Translations under genes and position numbers: made by a program
Notes under the pieces: generated by a model
Databases searched by the model: none
What the model saw: only the letters and a program-made list of their open reading frames with translations
What the model was told of the DNA's origin: nothing
Origin: Lottia gigantea
Lineage: Eukaryota
Direction: 5' to 3'
Length of the DNA stretch: 39,237 nt
NCBI RefSeq assembly: GCF_000327385.1
Contig: NW_008709540.1
Location: forward strand, 1-39,237
Part shown: positions 30,405-39,237 of the stretch, in pieces
Layout: each line of letters starts with the position of its first letter
Numbering within the stretch: position 1 is the first letter of the stretch

Positions 30405-33246
30405 TTTGGATGTTTCTTATTTGTTAAGTCAAATTACAAATCCATTGTGCAGAATCAATAATCACCAGAATCACCACGACAGCAACGTTAGTTTACTGTC
30501 TTGATATAATGAATATAACACTGTTCCTATGGAATATTTCAGACGCAGAATTCAATTGTAGGGGAATGGATATATCGACTTAATCCAAAAGCACAGAAAC
30601 AGCGTTCAAATCGAAGAGTATCAAAAATTACAAAGTACACTTTTTGAATACCGTACACTATCTCAATCAAGATGTTCCTTGGAAGGTTTTGGAAGATTTT
30701 AGCTGTTGATAAGGTAAATACAAATCAATGCGTCTTCTATTGCTGGACAAACCTTCCCCTATCGATTAATTCCTTCCACAAAAATTTCTGAATTTACTTC
30801 CACGTGGTACTCCGAATCGTTCCAGGAATAATTCACGCGTTTCTGATGATGCGGGAACAATTTAAACTTTGATAATGGCACAATTGATGAAATAATGTTA
30901 CGGAAACCCTAACAAATCGTCCATTTTGTTTGGGTGTTGTGCATTATGTCAAGTTGTAACCAACCAACGCTGGTCGTAAACCATTGTCAGCTCTCAATAC
31001 CCATCGACTCAATAGCAACCAAACGACTTGTACAACACGACAATGAAAGGGTTAACCTATCAATAAAAGAAGGGTTTTGCTGAACAGTTAAATGTATTTC
31101 TGAACAATGAGGCGTTTTGTTCGACTACATTCTATTAGATATAACTAGAGTAAATAATATATAGTATTAAAGGCCCGTGATTATTAGCAATAATATACAA
31201 ATAGGGGTGTTTATTAAAGGGAATGCACCGTTTGGTATTTTCATAGTGTACTACAGTATATAGGGTTTAGGAAATAAAAGGGTTTTCAAGTTTGGGTTAA
31301 TGAACATTTGCCATGTGAAGTAGTGGGCAGGTGTAAAATGTTGCAAGAACAGCTTCATTAGTCTATTAGCTCTCGCTTTTCCTCGTCAGTTCCTACTACC
31401 ATTAGCCCTGCAGGGTAAAGAGGGCCTGGAAGGCATCATGTCGGAATCTAGCCCACACCCTTTGACTAAAAAACAGCTGAACCACCCGATTCCTTTGAGT
31501 TTTGGAAGCTGTCTTGTTCTTCATACAGAACAGTTTCTTATCGCGTGTATTAATGAGTCATGTCTCTCAAGTCAGAAATATTTTCTTTGTTGATGCAGTA
31601 GTTGGCCTGAAAATGTTTATCACATATCCTTGATTTTCCACTCGATCCTGTCCATTTTGTCTGTAAGTAGTACAGTCAAAATGAACCACCTTGCATTCCA
31701 AAACCTCTCATTGGTTTAACAGAGAAAATGAACACGATAGGATGTTTATTCCCATCTATCTTGATAAATACAGGAATATTACTCGGCTTATATTGAAATC
31801 TCATTGATTTTGTCTGCGTTTTGTGCATTTGGGGGTGTTGAACATAACCCTTCGTGATACTAAACATGTTTTATCTTTCGTATTATGATATCAATATTCT
31901 ACTTTTCTGTCCTCCTCATTACAAGAAGACTGTACCCAGACCTCGAGGGTAGAGAGCACGAGTCAAACTGGGGGCAAATAGAAGCATTACAATAAAGACC
32001 TTCCAAAATGGGAGCAGTTAAACTGACCATATTTTGATGTATTTGGGCTTTTGTTACTTTATAATTGCAGATGACCTGATCAGAACCATGGTGCAGCTGA
32101 ATTGGAGAAACACTTTTGTGTGCCCTTTCCATGTTCTGTTATCGAGTCTCTAGGGCATGACCCAGACCCTGTCCCATTCATATGACTCATGTGGTCAAGT
32201 CTGCTTTTCGATATCAACATCCCCTGCAAGTGTTTGTATGACTCGGAATGCTCTGTGGTAAGAGTTCCCTGAATACTAGTGTTTAACAAGGTACCCTATG
32301 CTCTATCCTGCCCAAACCAGTGGCCTCTTGTTTTCTATAAGTACTGACGGCAGTGGTGGAGCCAGGTTTACGTCCGAGGGAGGGGGGCCAAATATCTGAG
32401 ATTGCCAGATTTTCTAACCAAGTTATGAGATTTTTGCCTGAAAAACTTGCTTTCGGGGCTGCGAGGATGGGGGGTGGGGGTGGTCTCCTTTGGCTCCGTC
32501 ACTGACTGACGGCAATTATTGAGCTACAGCATTCCATCTAAAAGGTGCTGTTGAGTGGACATGCTCCGTCGGAAAGCTCCATTGGAACTCGGAGGTTTAC
32601 AGAAGGACCCATTCTTCCCTCAGTTCCTTTCGTTTCCTTTCTCTTAAATGTACGTTAGGAACTCTGATACAATCTTTGGCTTTATGGGAGTCCCAGGCCT
32701 GAAATTGATTTTAAAATGATGATATACAGCTTTATTTCAAAACGTTTAAAATATCACAGTAGTGGGTTGTGGTATAAAAAATGATAAATAACAATTCTCA
32801 ATAAAATAATCAATAAATAGAAAATCAAGCGACGTGGATGTGAATGGTTTAGACGTAGAAAAAGTATTATTTTATTTGAATACCGGTGACATTATTCTTT
32901 ACAGGGATTTGAAAGGGGTTTGTATCCTTTTGAATGTTTATTAAGACCTGTATATGTCCAACATGGCGGTCAAGCCTCGATAATGATACCAATATGGGTG
33001 GATGCTGGATATAGAAGTAAACCTGAATCAATACACTAACAAAACAAGAGAGGCTTGACAATTTCTTTTTAATCTATGATAAGTTGGGTCACCGTCTGGT
33101 CATTAAGGGTGAAAACAGGTTGCTAAATATCTGACTTGTTTCACAGACTTAAGAATTAGTATTATTTGCCCACTGTATAGTGTATTGTAACAAGAGAATA
33201 TACTGTCTGTGTGTTGCACTATGTCTGTGATATGATACAAGACTGA

Positions 33247-36200
33247 TCAATGTTCCACCTGAACTAAGGCAGGGAAAGTTCTCATTCTTAACCGTTCTAC
33301 TTCAGCACGTAATACAGCCACTTCCTGGGCCTGTGCCTTGGCTAAATCTACTAATTTTCGTCTCTGTACTATTTCTTTATATCTTTTCTCTGCTCCTGTA
33401 TCTAGTCTTCTTTCAGCTGTAAATAAATCAAATTAGGATTAATGCCTGTTCTATATCTTGTTGGTCCAATAAAATTTAGTTTTATACTCTCCTGTTCTGA
33501 ATCAAATATGGCCAACAAGGCATAACTTATTGGGCCAAAGAAATTCCATGGAGTATTAGAGGCAACTCCCATTATTCTGTACCTTAATGTACTAAAATGT
33601 TGTTCTAGCAGTGCATCTTTTAAGGGTAATGAAGCCAGCAGTGTGTAGTGAGAGAATATTGTCCAATATTGTGCATTAAGTTCCTTAGATATTTCCCAAG
33701 CGTTGACAGATCTTTATCATGCACATCCTGCATCACATAGAACCCCCTTTTTACCTCGCCCTTTTTGTTCTGCATGAATAATGGAAAAACAGAAGCAAGT
33801 GATTTGTTGATTCCCCACAGATCCTTCCTAAAGCAAAGGGAGGTAACTTATCATTCACAAATCAGACCTACCATTAACATCATCAATATGTTTTCTTTCA
33901 TTAACTGAAACATTAATCTCAGTCAGTTGACTATCTAGGTCTTGATTAGAAGATTCCTTAGTTCGTATCGTCTTATTTAAATCTTTTAATATTTTTCTTT
34001 TTTCACTGACGTTCTTCTCATGTGTCTGAAATAATTATAATAATAGATCTGTAAGGGAGGCTGTCAGTCAAGCAAAATGCATACTTTACAAAATGCTTTC
34101 TGCCACTTGGAGAAGTGAGCTCGACATCTTTCAGAGGGCAACATGTTTCTAAGTTTTGCCTTTTAAATTTGCTATCATTTTACATAGTAAAAGAATAGTC
34201 TGTGGGACCCCTGGATTAATTTGTGACCCCCTCACCTAATGTTTCCTAGATACTCCACTGCAAAAGGGTCCACATACATGTAGTTTAATAATAACAATTT
34301 GGTAACTGGGTTTGTTAACCAAGTCATCTTCAACAGAAAGCCATATATTGTCTTATTAAAAGTCTATAACAACTGTAACAGAGCTTTTATTTACCTTTTT
34401 GAGTAGTTGTAAGGTTTGCTCCAAAATTAAAATATCTTGAGTTTTCTTCGATACATAATCTTTCTCACTCAGATACTATAAATATATATATATATACATT
34501 GGATTAGTATCAAACATAATTATTACTATTTTATTTCTATATATCACAGAGTATTTTAAAATGACGAGTTGTCAATTTAACATTCAAACACAGATAATTC
34601 TAGACACACATGTATTTAAAGGTTCAAATTTCGATGGAGAGCTGTGAACACTAACACTGATTGGCTTAGCTAAATTCCTGTTTCTGAGACAAAAGTATGA
34701 TTGGTCCAAAAAAATGATGCATCTGTCCCTTTAACCTCCTCCTAAGCAGAAGCAGAAATGTAGACGTAAAACTCCTGGCCTTGTAGTTACATATCAAGGG
34801 TAGGTGTTGGAGTGGAAAGCGCTCCTTAAAAGTGAAATTGAGGCCAGTGAATGAGTACAATTAAATTGGTCAGGAATAATTACCAGTGTTCTCTCTAATT
34901 CAACGCTACAATAAAAAATACATGTGCATTTTCATAATAATGATTGGGATAACTTACAGCTTGTATTTCTCTAGTAACCTTCATAAACTGTATATCTTTC
35001 ATTTTATTCTGTAGATCATCCATTTCCATTAACATTCTCTTGTGTTCCCTGCAAGTACAATAAACATCTTAAACCCTCTAGTCTGCTAGACTAATACCTT
35101 GCCTGCAATAGCCACCTTCTTTGAAACACAGAATGCAGCGATTTGATTGGATTGTACACTAGAAAATACAGCCAAGCAGTCTGTAAACAATAAGCCATAA
35201 TGTTTACAGTCTGTCTGTATGAAATTGCATGTCCTTTTCATTTACCAGTTGTTGCTATATACAATAATGCTACGAAGTGCAGGTTTTGTATTGACTGAAG
35301 TCATTTCAATTCGTACAATTCCATGGTGTACTCTGTAAGTGAAACATGCTTTTAAAGGAGTAATAATTTGACACAGTAGAAGTTTAAAGTAAGATAGACA
35401 TAAATAATGGATATTGGCAGTTTACCATTCTAACTGTATTATTCCTTTTCTAAAATCTTTACTGTCCATCATACTAGCTATCTTCTTCTCTCCATATTGC
35501 TAAAAACAAATCATTAGTTTCAGTTGATAGATGTAGAATGTAGTCAATAAGAATATATTTAGTTATTTTAAACATAAAATGTCTTCGATATTAGTTTCGA
35601 TAATGAATGGAGGTTCAGATTGCAGTCAAAGACATGTCTTAACACAAATTCTAAACAAAAATTGCTTCTATATTAGTTTCAATAAAGAATGACAGAGACA
35701 GAATGCTATACAAGAACATATTTTTACAGTTGTTTTAAAGGATAGCCTAGAAAGACAATCAATATACTGTAAGTTGTCATGTTTTCAGAATTCAAACTTT
35801 CAAAATGGATTTAAATTGTTCCTATCTTGTTTTGTTTGTTAGATGACATCATTCCTCACTATTCCAGTCAATTAAAGTAAAAAGTACAAATTTTCAGTAA
35901 AGTACAATTCTTTTGAAATATTCTATTGATAAGTTTATTAAGTATCTGAAAGTATATCTTACTTTAATAGTTTTATTCAGGTCTTCTACCACACTGCGAT
36001 GTAAGAGAGCACTAGGTTTAAAATCATGGACAAATCTTCCTGCATCAACTTCTACTTGACCTTGTTTTAATAATAACTGAACTTCTAAATTAATTGTAAA
36101 TCTTTGACGGTCTTCTCTTAATCTGAAATAAATAACATGAAAATATCTTAAAATGTACTGACAATAATTAAATTAAGTTAATGAAACAGTTTGGCCAAGG

Positions 36201-39200
36201 ACTAGCTGGAAGAAAAGATCTTCATACACCTAAGTGCTTATCCTTGTAGAATATAGTTGTATTTGTTTCTTTCCAAGTTTTTGTAATATTCTATGTAATG
36301 GTTCTTTCTTTCTTTGAACCCTTGAGCACTCTCAATCGTGCAGCTGTAAATGGGTTTGTATCATCAAGGGAAGATCAGTGGCAAGAGGTTTGGTCGTGGA
36401 CGAACATCTGGTAGAAAATATCCTTGCCAATTAATAAGTGACACATAATGCTTATTGCCATAAAAGTAAGTAAATAAATATAAACTGTGCTAACCTGTTT
36501 ATTTGTGTCATTATATCTTCAGTTTCATTTCTCAAACTATCTTCCTCTTCTTGTCGTTTTTGTAAAAATGCATTCATTTCAGCTAGAACTAAAGCTTTAG
36601 TTTTTACCTGTAAATACGAACAAAAAAAAAAACTTAATACATTTACAAAACAGGCTTATCACATTGAATGTCATTTTTCTTATCTTCCCCTCAACTGAAG
36701 GTTGATTTTATTCCAATTTGAATTAGAAATTTGAAAACAGTGAGATAACAGTGTGGTATTGAGGAGGAAAAAGAAGGATTTATTGATCCTGTATTGAATA
36801 CAGTGTATTTATAATTTCAACATAGTAGGATAAATAATGACATTGGGATCATGTTTTTCCACCAAGAACTGCCAAAATCCAACAACATCATAAACAAATT
36901 TCAAGATTAATTGTAGGGTAAGTGTTAAAAAGATTTGATACTCACCAGTTGTTCACTCTCTATTTTTTCCCGTCGATAATGACAAAGACGTTCCCAGATC
37001 TGGACTTCCAAGTTCTCTGGCATGTTAGATTGTCTGTCCAGTTCCTCTATAGCTTGTTCCATGGCTATTTTACTCTGAGCATTTTGACGTGCTGTAGATG
37101 GTCGTTCAGCGAATGGATTGGGAGCTGACGGATCTAAAACTGGTGTATCTGCTCCTTTAAACTTCTGACCTCTATAATATTTAAATTGACACAATTGTAT
37201 TTATACTCTCACATCAAATAGTCTCACATATTGTTGTTTTGAAGAGGAAGGGGGGTGGGGGAGTGGTTTAAATTCATCAAATAGTCTCACATATTGTTGA
37301 TGCTGTTAGACAAAGTTTTGAGAGGGTGGGGGGGTGGGGGGGAGGGAGGAGGGGGGAGTGGTTTAAATTCAATTGTTTTCAGACTCCCACATGAAATATG
37401 GGAACAAATTTGTTTTGCCCCTGTTAGTCAGTTTAATAAAGAAAGAGTTGTTTTGTTGAAGTAAAAGAACTATGTGATTGTATAATAGAAATTGGCAAGT
37501 TAAATCATCATGATTCATGTTAATGAAAGAATTATATAAATTCAACCTCCAGTTGTCTTGAATAAAGAGTTAACCTACCTAGGCCTCTTTTTAAATAATT
37601 TAAATAAAGTATCAGCCATTACAGCAGAAACATCGTTAAATTCTCTTCGGAAAGTTTTATCCATTAATTTATCTTCCGCCAACAATCGATCATAATCGTC
37701 GCGGAATTTCTCCAGGTTTTTCTTCGACTCATTCACAGCTTCTGTAGTCAATTGCTAAAATGGTTCCATTTTCAAATTTCAATAAAAAATCTAGTAATGG
37801 TTTTTTACTAATTTATCATTTCATCGAAACAACCTTACAGAAGATGGTTGGTTGGTAAATGACATCTGCTTCCTGTTAACACATGGCTGATATCACAGAC
37901 TACCCCCTCATAAGACAATAACGCCCTCTTCCCTACTCATTCTTAGCATTATTGACCAGGGGAAACCATACTTGAATATCCATACTTTCTCAAATATTTA
38001 TTTCATTTCTCCAAATACACTCTTCTTAAACTTTTGCCTCAAACTGGAACCTTAGCATCTAAAACTGTAGCTTACCTTCAAAACTCTCTTGTGTTCTAAT
38101 TTAGCATTTAGTTCATGTTCTTGTATTTCTAATTCCTCTTCTAATAATAAATTATACCTCAACCTGTTGATCTTTAGATCTTCCTATAATTAATATAAAA
38201 CATTCCCTTAACCCTTTTCACAGAGAAACACAGAGTCCTTGATTCAACAAATTTAAACAAAGATAAAACCAGATTTTAAAATATACGACAATTTGTTCAT
38301 TATGATTGAAATTGTTTTCAAATATTGATTAAACACCAACAAAAACTGAGTCTTTGATAAGTATTAATTAAAACTAATAAAGTTATTGTCTATTTCATGC
38401 ATTTCCAATGTAGTATTTAAAAAAGGTTTTGAGGTTTTGAGACAAAAATTCTTAGACCATTCTTCTTCAACCATGACAAATGATTCTCTATAAAAAATAA
38501 TAAAGATTTCACTAGACTTAAAATCAACAATACTGATTATAATTTCTGTATATACCTGATATAAAACCATCATAACTTTCACTTTCTTCATAAACAATTG
38601 ATTTAAAACTTCATCAAAACCAGTCATATTATCAGCTATCACCTGTTCTAATTTACGTAACTCTGTTTCTAATTGCTGAAAAATAAGATTTTACCAGTCG
38701 ATTAAAACATAAATATAAAAAGCAAAAATTGTCTAAAATATTGCTTTCTCAGTTAGAGCCCCTAGAAAAATGGTTTGTACCCCCATTTGATTTTCAAAAA
38801 TATAAAATGTGTTTTTTACTTGTTTTTGCACAGAAATACAGGTCAAAATGCACCAAGTGTATTCTATCATTAAAAAATTTTCTTTCGGGACACTAATCTT
38901 AATATTTTTTTTTATCTCAACCTTGACAATATTGTATCTCAATTAAAACAGTATGCTCCTGACCCTGTCATTGCAGTTTGGGTCTCTGTTTATTGTCTGG
39001 ATGGTAACAGAAGACAACTGTAGAAAAATGAAATAAAACCTAACACCTGTCTTTAAATCAGAGAGTTTAGATTCCTACCTTTCTGTATTTTTCTCTTTCT
39101 TCCTTCAAATCCTGAACTTTCTTTTCATATTCTTTAGCTGATTTCACCTCCTCTTCTGTCCATTCTTCAGACTCTTTCGTTGTCATAAATAATGGTTTAG

Positions 39201-39237
39201 GGACATCCTGTAAAATATATATATATAAATTGAATAA
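33247..39237 (-). CDS. 3' portion (at least 11 coding exons, gene continues beyond window end) of a coiled-coil cilia/flagella-type protein gene (CFAP/CCDC-like; exact family uncertain)
   Basis: Exons on the minus strand, all with canonical AG/GT and mutually consistent phases: 39079-39207 (DVPKPLFMTTKESEEWTEEEVKSAKEYEKKVQDLKEEREKYRK); 38556-38675 (QLETELRKLEQVIADNMTGFDEVLNQLFMKKVKVMMVLYQ); 38076-38183 (EDLKINRLRYNLLLEEELEIQEHELNAKLEHKRVLK); 37579-37754 (QLTTEAVNESKKNLEKFRDDYDRLLAEDKLMDKTFRREFNDVSAVMADTLFKLFKKRP); 36946-37171 (RGQKFKGADTPVLDPSAPNPFAERPSTARQNAQSKIAMEQAIEELDRQSNMPENLEVQIWERLCHYRREKIESEQL); 36495-36607 (VKTKALVLAEMNAFLQKRQEEEDSLRNETEDIMTQIN); 35963-36122 (RLREDRQRFTINLEVQLLLKQGQVEVDAGRFVHDFKPSALLHRSVVEDLNKTIK); 35426-35499 (QYGEKKIASMMDSKDFRKGIIQLE); 34958-35048 (WEHKRMLMEMDDLQNKMKDIQFMKVTREIQA); 34395-34475 (YLSEKDYVSKKTQDILILEQTLQLLKK); 33872-34025 (THEKNVSEKRKILKDLNKTIRTKESSNQDLDSQLTEINVSVNERKHIDDVN); 33247-33416 (AERRLDTGAEKRYKEIVQRRKLVDLAKAQAQEVAVLRAEVERLRMRTFPALVQVEH*). 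Introns uniformly about 320-480 bp. Confidence 0.65.
35100..35215. mobile_element. MITE family 1 fragment inside an intron of the coiled-coil gene
   Basis: gcagcgatttgattggattgtacactagaaaatacagccaagcagtctgtaaacaataagcc matches the family-1 core. Confidence 0.5.
36186..36430 (+). mobile_element. Two partial SINE-like fragments inside an intron of the coiled-coil gene
   Basis: 36190-36240 (tttggccaaggactagctggaagaaaagatc) matches the 21667-21715 tail. 36330-36430 (cagctgtaaatgggtttgtatcatcaagggaagatcagtggcaagagg…ctggtagaaaata) matches the 17660-17770 core. Confidence 0.5.
37200..37375. repeat. Tandemly duplicated about 75-85 bp unit containing G-rich GGGGGGTGGGGG blocks (intronic)
   Basis: catcaaatagtctcacatattgttg…gggggtggggg…agtggtttaaattc occurs twice (about 37200-37285 and about 37270-37375). 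Related G-blocks at 1005-1090 and 32385-32480. Confidence 0.7.

Noticed and set aside
33755-33827. Possible small exon (KDLWGINKSLASVFPLFMQNKKGE) between the last two exons of the coiled-coil gene
   Set aside because: Has AG/GT boundaries, but its length (73 nt) is incompatible with the phases of the flanking exons. Those exons join perfectly by themselves (…DDVN|AERR…). The only phase-compatible alternative (69 nt) gives an implausible peptide.

Overview
AT-rich, repeat-dense metazoan nuclear DNA. It is almost certainly invertebrate; a mollusc-like (lophotrochozoan) source is my inference only. There are no rRNA, tRNA or CRISPR features. The supportable gene content is as follows.

(1) Two paralogous single-exon genes for secreted Met/Gly/Pro-rich low-complexity proteins (3538-4439 and 16637-17302). 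Each has an N-terminal signal peptide ending in 'AQ'.

(2) An intronless RING/B-box/B-box/coiled-coil/MATH gene (TRIM37-like, TRAF-like E3 ligase) on the minus strand (10826-12355). A frameshifted inverted pseudogene copy lies on the plus strand (7113-8750).

(3) A third small secreted-protein gene on the minus strand (19834-20355).

(4) A five-exon gene for a secreted Cys-rich protein on the minus strand (23169-25102). It is fully reconstructed with canonical splice sites.

(5) A GC-rich single-exon ORF for a Pro/Tyr-rich protein carrying PPPY motifs (29388-30404, minus strand).

(6) The 3' part of a multi-exon coiled-coil, cilia/flagella-type protein gene (33247 to beyond 39237, minus strand). 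It has 11 phase-consistent exons and uniform introns of about 320-480 bp.

The remainder is minisatellites and dispersed repeats. Satellite units are about 15, 36 and 60 bp. There is a tRNA-related SINE-like family in three copies. There are two MITE-like families with terminal inverted repeats, several long hairpins, and a 380-bp polypurine tract. A recurrent G-rich block (GGGGGGTGGGGG) appears at four loci.

The most interesting items are the pair of signal-peptide Met-rich repeat proteins and the inverted TRIM-MATH duplication. The latter has ISRE-like GAAAnnGAAA motif repeats upstream.
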